Origin: a virus
Strand: one strand, 5' to 3'
DNA: 64,000 nucleotides
IMG/VR virus record: IMGVR_UViG_3300030107_008258
Location: 1 to 64,000 of that record
In this document: positions 37,355-45,862 of the stretch, piece by piece
Layout: each line of letters opens with the position of its first letter
How positions within the stretch are numbered: the first letter of the stretch is position 1
Notes under the pieces: generated by a model
The model's database searches: none
What the model was told of the DNA's origin: nothing
Seen by the model: only the letters and a program-made list of their open reading frames with translations
Made by a program: the position numbers and the translations under genes

Positions 37355-38432
37355 TCATAACCTCCACAATTTTATCTACAGTATTGGAATAGGTAAAACT
37401 TTCTTGAAGTTTAATTCCTTCTTCGTTAATAGGGTTGGACTTATATTTTTCTACAGCTTTTTCGCAGCCTGCTATAAATTCCTCTTCGTCGAAGGTAAAT
37501 ATTTCACCTTGATTGAAAGGTCTTCCTTTGTTAAAGAAAATTCCATCTGCGGAATCTTCCTTACCATTCGGTTCAACTAGTACGCTATTTTTTTCCGTAG
37601 CCCAATCTTTATAAGCACTAGCGTTAAGAATAACCCCATGCTTTCCTAATGCGAGAGACTGAAACTCTGGTAAACCCCATCCTTCTGCGCCTGACATTCC
37701 GATACAAATGTTTCCTGAGTTAAGAAAATCGTTATAAAGGGAATTTTTTTGCATCATCCCTAAGAAATTTATGTTAAAATACTGTTTTCCTTCAAGTATT
37801 TGACTCAGTGATGCTTTAAAATCTTCCTCTTTCATGAAGGGGTTTGCAATAGCGCATTGCAAAACATAATCTTTATTATTGCCGTATTTTTTTACCCAAG
37901 CCTGAATAACCTCTTTATGATGTTTTCTTTTCTCTAGTTTGCCACATAAATTAAAAACTATTTTCCCTTCTAGGTATTTAGTATCTTTTATATGAAAATT
38001 ATGCTTATCAAAGCCAAGGGGGATGTAGTGGCAATTATTTATTCCGTGATTTTCTAGAACCTCTTTTGAGTAAGATGAACTTACTATTATATTTTTTTGG
38101 TTATTGGCTATGTTAACCTCATAAGAAGTGGGGTGATCTAATTCATAAAAAGTAAAAAGAGTTTGATCCTTCGCGTAAGATGTTAAGCTATCGTGGTTTA
38201 AGTGCCAGAGCTTAAAGATAGGAGTGTCTCGACTGTAAGATTCAAAAGATCGTTTAATCCCTTCTTGAATCCACTCGTTAAAGTCAGAAGAAATATCCTG
38301 ACTTGAAAGGTCAGATTGACCAATAGTAAATAAAGAAGGCTGCACGCCCCTCTCGTGAAATTCACGAAGAAGGGCAGTGCTAACCTGTCCAAAGCTTACC
38401 CCGTTAACGGGGAGATGTAACGCAAAGTCCAT
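37347..38432 (-). CDS. GT4-like glycosyltransferase
   Basis: GKLEKRK, EGWGLPEFQSLALG. Confidence 0.8.
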   Translation of the reverse strand: MDFALHLPVNGVSFGQVSTALLREFHERGVQPSLFTIGQSDLSSQDISSDFNEWIQEGIKRSFESYSRDTPIFKLWHLNHDSLTSYAKDQTLFTFYELDHPTSYEVNIANNQKNIIVSSSYSKEVLENHGINNCHYIPLGFDKHNFHIKDTKYLEGKIVFNLCGKLEKRKHHKEVIQAWVKKYGNNKDYVLQCAIANPFMKEEDFKASLSQILEGKQYFNINFLGMMQKNSLYNDFLNSGNICIGMSGAEGWGLPEFQSLALGKHGVILNASAYKDWATEKNSVLVEPNGKEDSADGIFFNKGRPFNQGEIFTFDEEEFIAGCEKAVEKYKSNPINEEGIKLQESFTYSNTVDKIVEVMNA

Positions 38433-38734
38433 TAAAACAATGCGCCGTCATCAGAGGAAGTGGAAGCTTCAGCAGTTGGTGCTTCTGTCTTCTTTTCTCT
38501 TTCCTCTCTGGATTCGCTAAGGTAAATACGGAGATCGGGAGCGTTTTCGCTCTTTACGGTTCCGTCTTCGTTATACTTGGATTTATTCTTGAAAACAACA
38601 AGCTGCACTTTACCGCTTGCGCCTTTTACTTCAATGTGTCCAGTCATATATTGAGAGCCATTATTGCTCTTCTTCGCCCAAAGAGCGCCAAGTTCGCGCT
38701 CTTGCCAGTCGTTTTTCTTTTGTTCGTTCGACAT
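38432..38734 (-). CDS. DUF736-like protein with acidic tail
   Basis: LGALW, YMTG, APDLRIY; C-terminal DDGALF. Confidence 0.55.
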   Translation of the reverse strand: MSNEQKKNDWQERELGALWAKKSNNGSQYMTGHIEVKGASGKVQLVVFKNKSKYNEDGTVKSENAPDLRIYLSESREEREKKTEAPTAEASTSSDDGALF

Positions 38735-38781
38735 AAGAGTCCTTAGATTATATGTTCAGAATGCGATGTCAACATTTTTTT

Positions 38782-39384
38782 TTAAACATTGTCTAAAAAT
38801 TTTTCACTTTTTATTTTTTTGCGTAAAATCTTTATCCCTTTGTTGTGGAGGTTTATAGCGGTTTGAGTACTGATTTCAAGTTTAGATGCTACCTTGCACC
38901 AAGAAGGTTTTTTGTGTCGCCGAGAGTATCTCATTGCAAAAATTTTTTTTATGCGGGGGTCTTTTAGTTGGCTTAAAATATTTTCGATAAATTCAAAAAG
39001 TATATTTGAATTGTCTTTTTCTTCAGCCTCTTGAAGGTAGTCTAATACATCGTCTTCAGTAGCTACGAGACGGTCCTTAGTTTTTTTATTTAAAGTGTTA
39101 AGACAATGATATTTAGTCTGATTAGCTAGCCATGTAGAAAATTTTACATTTTTATCAACGCTAAAACTCTTTACGGAATTCCAAATAATTAAATTTTTTT
39201 CAGCAGCGGCTTCGTTTATATCGACATGGTGAGCAAAGAAGCTTTTAGAGTACTTTTTTAAAATTTTAAAATAAAGGCCGCTATGCCTATTACCTAATTC
39301 AATTAAGCTTTTTTCACAATTTTTATTTTTTATTCTTTCTATAAGATGATTATCACTTAAGAAAGACCATTGGATTTTTTCCAT
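38782..39384 (-). CDS. sigma70-family RNA polymerase sigma factor
   Basis: region 2 KFSTWL; region 4 HTH VASKLEISTQTAINLH. Confidence 0.75.
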   Translation of the reverse strand: MEKIQWSFLSDNHLIERIKNKNCEKSLIELGNRHSGLYFKILKKYSKSFFAHHVDINEAAAEKNLIIWNSVKSFSVDKNVKFSTWLANQTKYHCLNTLNKKTKDRLVATEDDVLDYLQEAEEKDNSNILFEFIENILSQLKDPRIKKIFAMRYSRRHKKPSWCKVASKLEISTQTAINLHNKGIKILRKKIKSEKFLDNV

Positions 39385-39800
39385 AAATTTACCTTTTTTG
39401 CAAAGTCTCCAAACGAGCACTCGCTATCTTGTTCCATATCAAAGATATAGCGATGATGGCTCTTAAACATACGAGGTAAAATTATAGAATATTCAACTAA
39501 ATCTTCAAAATTTTTTTCAAAAAAAATATTAGCGTCTCTAAATGGCTCTTCAGAAAGATTGTCAGATTTTAACCAAGTTTCTACCATGAAAGCAAAATTT
39601 ACGTCAAGATCAGAAGAAAAAAGGCGACTATCAAATCTGCAGATTTTTATTTCATAAGAAAAAATGGCTTCTAAATTATTAAAATTAAAATGAAGGAATG
39701 TTTTAACTGAAGTAGGATGGAGGTTAAGGGAAGCTCTATGACCGCAATAAGCTAAAAAAGGCTGGCAGCTTTTATCGATCAATGGCGAACCTTCAAACAT
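39357..39800 (-). CDS. hypothetical protein
   Basis: 147 aa ORF overlapping both neighbours. Confidence 0.55.
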   Translation of the reverse strand: MFEGSPLIDKSCQPFLAYCGHRASLNLHPTSVKTFLHFNFNNLEAIFSYEIKICRFDSRLFSSDLDVNFAFMVETWLKSDNLSEEPFRDANIFFEKNFEDLVEYSIILPRMFKSHHRYIFDMEQDSECSFGDFAKKVNLWKKSNGLS

Positions 39801-40386
39801 AAATATTTTTTACCCACTTTAATAAATTTCGACAATTAAGTATCTGTTTTTCTTCATCTGTTTCAGTGGGCCAGTTTAGTAGAAAATCTGAATCTAATTT
39901 CAATTTAGGATCGTTCCTTGACTCGGCTTCGTTAGCTGGCCTCATGAAAACTCTTTTATTATCGACTTCTTTGTACCGTGAAATATGAATTAATACCCCA
40001 TTAATCTCATTTTTTAACCAATAAACTTCATCTTTTTCATATTCATTAAATCTAATATCCGTAATAATATTTATTTTTTCGGGCGCCAATTCTTTATATA
40101 ATTCATTTACCCAATGCCTTCCGTTTGATAAGCTTCTTTTTATTTCTCCGTGCGCTACGAGCATTGGACGAATAATATCCTTTTCCTCCCGAGTACAATT
40201 AGACGAATCTATTCCATAAAGCTCACGGCTAGCTCCGCTTAATTCTTTTTTTAAATTATTTGCAATAGATAATTCCCTGTACGGTAATTCAAGTCTTTGC
40301 AATAATTTAATAATGATATTACATACCGTGTTTTTTCCACAACCAGCAACACCACTAATTCCAATATTCTTATATTTAAATTTCAT
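39793..40386 (-). CDS. deoxynucleoside monophosphate kinase
   Basis: GVAGCGKN P-loop, ITDIRFNE. Confidence 0.75.
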   Translation of the reverse strand: MKFKYKNIGISGVAGCGKNTVCNIIIKLLQRLELPYRELSIANNLKKELSGASRELYGIDSSNCTREEKDIIRPMLVAHGEIKRSLSNGRHWVNELYKELAPEKINIITDIRFNEYEKDEVYWLKNEINGVLIHISRYKEVDNKRVFMRPANEAESRNDPKLKLDSDFLLNWPTETDEEKQILNCRNLLKWVKNIYV

Positions 40387-40721
40387 TTAAATTCTATATA
40401 TTTAAATTAAATTAATTAAAATAAATATAATAAACTTTTCCCTAGAAAGTCGGAGTGAAACGAAGACTTTCCCCGTATCGGAGGCTATTCCGAACACCGG
40501 CAATCTTTCTTTTCCCTGAGATTACTCCCCGGTTAGCCTTTATGGGATACACGGTAGAACATATCCACTCTATATGACATCACCTTACCTACTGTCCCAA
40601 TGAAGCGCCTTTCTCACGCCAATTGGTTATCTCCGGTTGCAAGTCTTCACAGCATAGCCGGACGTTAGATTGCGGGGCCATCCACCTTTTAATGTCGTAG
40701 GATGACAATACGACCAGCAAT

Positions 40722-40750
40722 GTTTTACCCCGGTGGGGCCTGCTTGTCAA
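40722..40750 (-). promoter_or_regulatory. sigma70-type promoter at the divergence point
   Basis: TTGACA-17 bp-TAAAAC. Confidence 0.55.
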
Positions 40751-40854
40751 CTTTTTTTAAAGAAGATTTTTGAAAAAAAATAAACAATGATCTTTTTCGG
40801 GGAAAATTTGCTTTTTTTATTGACTTTCCTCCCCTAAAACAAAATTATAAACGC

Positions 40855-41265
40855 ATGCGCCTTTCGTGGGAACAATACGCTTTAAACATTGCCTGCACTG
40901 TAGCTGAAAGAAGTGAAGATATTTATCAAAAAGTGGGCGCTTGCGCCTTAAATAAAAAAAATATGGTTATTGCAGTCGGCTATAACGGGTTAGCTTCCGG
41001 CAAGAAAGCTTCTCATAGATTCTTTCAAAATCGAAATCATCGTCGCCCTTTTATGATTCACGCCGAAGTCAACTGCTTAAGCCTTGTAAAGCGGGGGGAA
41101 GTTAAAATGCTTGCTTCTACCCTTCTGCCGTGTTCTTCTTGCGCTACAATGATAGCCGCCTATGGGGTTAAAAAGGTAATTTATAAAGAAATTTATAAAA
41201 GAGATAAAAGCGCATTAGAAATTTTTAAGTTTTACGGTATAGAATGTGTTCAATATGGAGATTAA
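40855..41265 (+). CDS. dCMP deaminase
   Basis: KVGA, GYNG, HAEVN, PCSSC zinc motifs. Confidence 0.9.
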   Translation: MRLSWEQYALNIACTVAERSEDIYQKVGACALNKKNMVIAVGYNGLASGKKASHRFFQNRNHRRPFMIHAEVNCLSLVKRGEVKMLASTLLPCSSCATMIAAYGVKKVIYKEIYKRDKSALEIFKFYGIECVQYGD

Positions 41266-41728
41266 ATACTCTAAGTTAAAAAATTCAGCTCAAACCCCCT
41301 TCCAAGCCAATAATTCAGATGCAGGTTACGATTTGTTTTCAACTGAATATTTAACTCTCGAGCCCTTCCAGAGAAAATTGGTTAGTACAGGAATAAATAT
41401 TGAAATTCCCCAAGGTTTTTATGGGAGAATTGCCCCAAGAAGCGGTTTAGCGTGTAAGAAAGGAATAGATGTAATGGCAGGAGTAATCGACTCCGGCTAT
41501 CGTGGCGAAATAAAAGTTTTGTTGATAAATTTAAATTTTGAAGGATATAATCTAACACCAAATGCTTTTGAAGCAGTGTTTGGATCGAGTAACAGAATAG
41601 AAATAAAACCGGGAGACAGAATAGCTCAATTAATAATTGAAAAATGCTATAACGTCGAATGGAAAGCAATGAAAACATTACAAACTTCCGAAAGAGGACA
41701 GGGCGGCTTTGGCAGCTCTGGAAAATAA
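41255..41728 (+). CDS. dut: dUTPase
   Basis: AGYDL, RSGLA, GVIDSGYRGEI, RGQGGFGSSG. Confidence 0.95.
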   Translation: MEIKYSKLKNSAQTPFQANNSDAGYDLFSTEYLTLEPFQRKLVSTGINIEIPQGFYGRIAPRSGLACKKGIDVMAGVIDSGYRGEIKVLLINLNFEGYNLTPNAFEAVFGSSNRIEIKPGDRIAQLIIEKCYNVEWKAMKTLQTSERGQGGFGSSGK

Positions 41729-41730
41729 TC

Positions 41731-41937
41731 ATGGGAAACTCAAATCAAGAAATTATTTCCTATAATTCTAAAATGATTGGGACCGAAGTTCGCGTAATAA
41801 AAAGCGGAGGATGGAACGGTAAAGTCGAAAGGGTTATTGATGAGGAATATTTTGAAGTATCTAAATTAGAAAACCCGCTCCAAATCGAAATTGTGTCTAT
41901 GTACGACATACGATCCCTATCACCCGAGACTTTGTGA
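41731..41937 (+). CDS. small hypothetical protein (SH3-like beta barrel?)
   Basis: ATG at 41731 right after dut; IGTEVRV..WNGKV. Confidence 0.5.
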   Translation: MGNSNQEIISYNSKMIGTEVRVIKSGGWNGKVERVIDEEYFEVSKLENPLQIEIVSMYDIRSLSPETL

Positions 41938-41954
41938 CACACCAGTCACCAAAA

Positions 41955-42080
41955 ACTAGACTCAATAAAAGAGGGTAAACCTTCCTTACTGAGAGTCTAG
42001 TACAACCAAAAGGCTCGCTTTAGCCAATAAAATAGGGGGTTTTCTCTTCCTCACTAAGCTAAAGTCCTTTCAAAAGAGAC
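41955..42080 (+). ncRNA. two tandem copies of the pseudoknotted 3'-end element (41955-42015, 42018-42080)
   Basis: P1 pairs ACTAGACTC/GAGTCTAGT and CTTTAGC/GCTAAAG; TAAAA, CTRA and YCAA motifs; P3 CCTT/AAGG and TCTCTT/AAGAGA. Confidence 0.65.
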
Positions 42081-42084
42081 ATCA

Positions 42085-42100
42085 TGGCACAGTCCCTGCT
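42085..42100 (+). promoter_or_regulatory. sigma54 (-24/-12) promoter
   Basis: TGGCAC-N5-CTGCT with exact GG-N10-GC spacing; predicted +1 near the hsp20 ATG. Confidence 0.6.
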
Positions 42101-42111
42101 AAAAGGACGGT

Positions 42112-42468
42112 ATGTATTTACCAAATACTCTTAGCAGGGGCTTGCTTGATTTCGCAACGCCGTTATTCGATGAAATAGAGCGTACTTATAATCCGGCGTT
42201 TGCTGAGGAAGATGGAGATTACGTTTTTGAGGTAGAAATGCCCGGCTTTACAAAAGATGATGTAAAAGTCAATGTAGATGCGGCAGGGCACCTCAACCTA
42301 CAAGGAACCACAACAAGACGAGGAAAAGAGGTAAAGTTTGGACAAACTTACCATATTCCCGACAAAGCCGATCCGTCTACGGCGGATGCCTCTCTGAAAA
42401 ATGGGATTTTTAGGCTAATATTCAAAAAGAAAAATAAACACAAACCCAAAGAAATCAAAATTAAGTAA
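42112..42468 (+). CDS. Hsp20 small heat-shock protein
   Basis: EMPGFTKDDVKV, ASLKNGIFRL, C-terminal IKI motif. Confidence 0.9.
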   Translation: MYLPNTLSRGLLDFATPLFDEIERTYNPAFAEEDGDYVFEVEMPGFTKDDVKVNVDAAGHLNLQGTTTRRGKEVKFGQTYHIPDKADPSTADASLKNGIFRLIFKKKNKHKPKEIKIK

Positions 42469-42480
42469 AGGGTTTTAAAG

Positions 42481-42505
42481 AACCGGGCTTCGGCCCGGTT
42501 TTTTT
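42481..42505 (+). terminator. Rho-independent terminator
   Basis: AACCGGGC-TTCG-GCCCGGTT followed by a T run. Confidence 0.9.
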
Positions 42506-42511
42506 GTGTAA
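42506..42511 (+). promoter_or_regulatory. GTGTAA candidate late-promoter element
   Basis: GTGTAA-N8-ATG directly after a terminator. Confidence 0.55.
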
Positions 42512-42519
42512 TTATTAAT

Positions 42520-42714
42520 ATGCCTCTCCCAGCGCCGAAAAAGGGTCAAGAAAAAAAAGATTTTATTAACTCTTGCATGGCAAGCCCCACCATGAACGAA
42601 GAATACTCGGACCCCAAACAACGTCTTGCAGTTTGTCATTCCCAGTACCGAAGATCCTCTAAGGCAACGACTTGGAATGAAATTGAATTTGACAACTACC
42701 TACTTTTAAAATAA
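42520..42714 (+). CDS. small conserved phage-type protein
   Basis: MPLP.PK..E.KDFI..CM...QRLAVC pattern. Confidence 0.65.
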   Translation: MPLPAPKKGQEKKDFINSCMASPTMNEEYSDPKQRLAVCHSQYRRSSKATTWNEIEFDNYLLLK

Positions 42715-42725
42715 GATTTTTTTAA

Positions 42726-42914
42726 ATGACTAATGATGTCATCTTAACTCAAGCCGCTCATGACCAATTAGTTAGTCTGATCGAACAATTAATTGAAGTT
42801 TCTATATGGCAAGACGCCGAAGCTAAAGCTAAAGATCCGATTGCAAATACCGGAGAAAGCTTCATGACTAATAAACTAAAATTAATTAGGGACACTTTGA
42901 AAAATGGATCTTGA
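42726..42914 (+). CDS. hypothetical protein
   Basis: 62 aa, operon tiling. Confidence 0.5.
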   Translation: MTNDVILTQAAHDQLVSLIEQLIEVSIWQDAEAKAKDPIANTGESFMTNKLKLIRDTLKNGS

Positions 42915-43233
42915 TAAACTTTTAAAAAACTTACTGGCTCAAAAAAAAGAGTTAACGCATTCATTAGAGGTGTGTTGTAATAGCATTGGCTTTTGGGAAG
43001 AAAGGGCCGAGAAAATTTTTAAAAAAATGGACGAATTTGAAGAAGAAGCTCTTTTTTCTTCTGGAGAATCTCACGATAAAAAATTCAAAAAATTACAACG
43101 AGAATCGGGGAAAATTATGAAAAGGGTCGAATTTGAGAATAATCAGCTAGATTTGCTTGAGGCTCAAGTGTTAGACCTAGAAGAAAAAATAATAACAACG
43201 CTAGCTCGATATGCCAAAAAACAAAAAAAATAA
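42904..43233 (+). CDS. hypothetical coiled-coil protein
   Basis: 109 aa, helical and charged. Confidence 0.55.
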   Translation: MDLDKLLKNLLAQKKELTHSLEVCCNSIGFWEERAEKIFKKMDEFEEEALFSSGESHDKKFKKLQRESGKIMKRVEFENNQLDLLEAQVLDLEEKIITTLARYAKKQKK

Positions 43234-43378
43234 AAAATATTATTTAATCGAGTCAGTAAAAAGAAGGTGGTCATACGGAGCTTTTCCCCATTCCGAGGAA
43301 GGATTAAAAGAAGCAAAAAAATATTTATCTAACCTTCAGAAGAAAACAGATGAAAAATTGGAGATAGTTGAAAAATAA
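43211..43378 (+). CDS. small hypothetical protein (55 aa, below the ORF-track cutoff)
   Basis: MPKNKKNKKYYLIESVKRRWSYGAFPHSEEG...EK stop; fills the gap before nrdA. Confidence 0.55.
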   Translation: MPKNKKNKKYYLIESVKRRWSYGAFPHSEEGLKEAKKYLSNLQKKTDEKLEIVEK

Positions 43379-43447
43379 CTTGACGGGCCGCCCCGTTTAA
43401 ACTAAATTAACTCACACACCCGCTTAGGGGTGTATTTTTTTCTACAG

Positions 43448-45862
43448 ATGGAAATAAAAGTAAAAAAGAGAAACGGCAAATTAGAAGAATTTGATGTAGA
43501 GAAGATAAACAAGTGTGTTTATCGAGCTTGCGCAGACATTGACGGAAATAATGTATCTGCGAGCGAAGTAATACTCGATGCCCAATTACAACTTTACGAC
43601 AAGATTACTACTAAGGAGATAGACGAAGCTCTAATTTTATCCGCCCGAGCCAAAATAGAGAAAGAACCCAACTACAGCAATGTTGCCGCTGCTCTAGCAG
43701 TTAACGCTCTTTATAAAGAAGTATTTAGAGAAAGCGTAGATTCTGACACCTTTGACCTCCAATACAAAAAATCGTTTGTACAAGGAGTTAAAAAATTAGT
43801 AAAAAATGAAATCCTAAGCCCTAAGCTTTTAGACTATGACTTAAAAAAGCTTTCCGAAGCCATTGACCCCGAACGAGATAAAAAATTTAAATACTTAGGA
43901 TTACAAATTTTAATAGACAGATACTTTATCCGTATCAATAATAAAATTATTGAGTCTCCGCAGGCTTTCTGGATGAGGATCGCTATGGGGCTAGCTTTAA
44001 ATGAAGACGATAAAGAAGAAAGAGCCATTGAGTTCTATAACCTTTTTAGCAATCTGCTGTACACTCCTTCCACACCTACCTTATTTAATAGTGGCACTAC
44101 TCACTCTCAACTAAGTTCATGTTACTTAAATACATTTGATGACAGCATCGACGGAATCTTCGAAGGAGTCTGGCAAGAAGCCCGCAAAAGTAAGCATGCC
44201 GGAGGTCTTGGCTTTGATGTTACTAATTTTCGTGCTTCTGGGGCTTTTATCAAAGGCACAAACGGGATTTCTGGAGGTCTTGTGCCATGGCTCAAAATCC
44301 TCAATGACACACTCGTCGCAGTAAACCAAGGCGGCAAAAGACCCGGCGCGGGATGCGCTTACCTTGAGCCTTGGCATCTTGATTTTGAAGACTTTTTAAA
44401 TCTCCGGCGAAACACTGGTGACGAAAGGCTTCGTTGCCATGATATGAATACCGCTTCATGGATTCCTGACCTTTTCATGAAAAAAGTACAGGAAGATGCT
44501 GACTGGTATATGTTTTGCCCGTCTGACTGCCGTGAACTTCATGAAGCTTACGGAGAGGACTTTGAAGAGTCTTACGATTATTACCGCCAGAAAGCAGAAG
44601 AAGGCGAACTTAAAAATTTCCGTGTTGTTAAAGCTAAAGAACTCTGGAAGAAAATGCTTAAGGTCTTATTTGAAACTTCCCACCCTTGGGTGACATTTAA
44701 AGACCCCTCTAATATCCGATACAGCAACCAGCATCAAGGCACGGTTCATTCTAGTAACCTTTGCACTGAAATTCTTTTACATACGAAACCTTCCCAATAT
44801 AAAGATGGAGAAAAAATAGAAATAGGAGAAACAGCAGTATGTAATTTAGGAAGCGTAAATTTAAAAAACCATCTTGGCGACAATGGGTTAAATAAAGATC
44901 TTCTAGCTTCGACTATTAAAACTGCCATCCGGCTTTTGGATAATGTAATTGATTTGAATTTTTATCCAACTAAAGAAGCAGAGAACGCTAACATGCAGCA
45001 TCGTCCGATTGGGCTCGGTATGATGGCTACCCATGATATTCTACAGATTCTCGATATCCAATACGATTCAGATAAAGCTGTAAAATTTATAGACGAACTG
45101 ACAGAATTCTTTTCTTATAACGCAATCCTCTCCTCCAGCGAGCTAGCTAAAGAAAGGGGTAGTTATAAAACTTACTCTGGCTCTCTCTGGGAAAAGGGTC
45201 ATCTTCCTATTGACACTTATAACACTCTCTTAGATTTTAGAAAAAAATCACCCAAGACCCCCGTGCGGGGAAAACTCGATTGGAAAAAAGTAAGGGAGCA
45301 TATATCTAAATACGGAATGCGTAATAGCAACACTATGGCGATAGCTCCCACCGCTACTATTGGCTATATTAACGGGGTAGAACAAAGCATCGAACCAAAC
45401 TTTTCGGTAATGTTTGTTTACGAATGTAAGAGTGGAAACTTTTATGTCGTTAACGAACAGTTTGTGAATGACATGAAAAAAGAGGGAGTGTGGAGTCCTA
45501 ATTTTGCTGAAGCTGTAAAAGAGGTCGATGGAGATGTGATGCTTTTAGATATTCCAAAACATCTTCAAGAAAAATACAAGACTGCTTTTGACCGGGATAT
45601 GTTTAAGTTAATTGAATGCAACGCTGCTCGACAAAAATGGATCGATCAAGGCATATCTTTTAACTTATACAATAAAGGAACTAGTTTAAAATACTTAAAT
45701 GATATTTATATGGCTGCATGGGAGGCCGGGCTTAAGACTACTTATTATCTACGCAATCGGGGCGCATCTAAAGTAGAAAAATCCACTAAAAAAGAATTCA
45801 CTGAAGAAGAACAGATAGCTTGCTCTATCGCAAACCCAGAATCGTGTGAGGCTTGTCAGTAA
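43448..45862 (+). CDS. nrdA: ribonucleotide reductase class I large subunit with ATP cone
   Basis: VKKRNG ATP cone, TPTLFN, SSC, SNLCTEI, APTAT, KTTYY, C-terminal CEAC. Confidence 0.95.
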   Translation: MEIKVKKRNGKLEEFDVEKINKCVYRACADIDGNNVSASEVILDAQLQLYDKITTKEIDEALILSARAKIEKEPNYSNVAAALAVNALYKEVFRESVDSDTFDLQYKKSFVQGVKKLVKNEILSPKLLDYDLKKLSEAIDPERDKKFKYLGLQILIDRYFIRINNKIIESPQAFWMRIAMGLALNEDDKEERAIEFYNLFSNLLYTPSTPTLFNSGTTHSQLSSCYLNTFDDSIDGIFEGVWQEARKSKHAGGLGFDVTNFRASGAFIKGTNGISGGLVPWLKILNDTLVAVNQGGKRPGAGCAYLEPWHLDFEDFLNLRRNTGDERLRCHDMNTASWIPDLFMKKVQEDADWYMFCPSDCRELHEAYGEDFEESYDYYRQKAEEGELKNFRVVKAKELWKKMLKVLFETSHPWVTFKDPSNIRYSNQHQGTVHSSNLCTEILLHTKPSQYKDGEKIEIGETAVCNLGSVNLKNHLGDNGLNKDLLASTIKTAIRLLDNVIDLNFYPTKEAENANMQHRPIGLGMMATHDILQILDIQYDSDKAVKFIDELTEFFSYNAILSSSELAKERGSYKTYSGSLWEKGHLPIDTYNTLLDFRKKSPKTPVRGKLDWKKVREHISKYGMRNSNTMAIAPTATIGYINGVEQSIEPNFSVMFVYECKSGNFYVVNEQFVNDMKKEGVWSPNFAEAVKEVDGDVMLLDIPKHLQEKYKTAFDRDMFKLIECNAARQKWIDQGISFNLYNKGTSLKYLNDIYMAAWEAGLKTTYYLRNRGASKVEKSTKKEFTEEEQIACSIANPESCEACQ

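Noticed and set aside
18670-38432. Bacterial O-antigen/capsule locus (host contamination)
   Set aside because: Continuous, tightly coupled gene run with phage replication genes; no wzx/wzy/ABC transporter or integration boundary seen
38746-38772. TTGACA..TATAAT promoter before the DUF736-like gene (similar at ~7498-7523 and 40820)
   Set aside because: Spacing to the best -10 is only 14 bp; plausible but too ambiguous to list as a feature
40387-40854. tRNA or tmRNA in the large intergenic region
   Set aside because: No cloverleaf, T-loop or acceptor stem recognised
41955-42001. ACTAGACTC/GAGTCTAGT inverted repeat as a sigma54 enhancer site
   Set aside because: Better explained as stem P1 of the repeated RNA element
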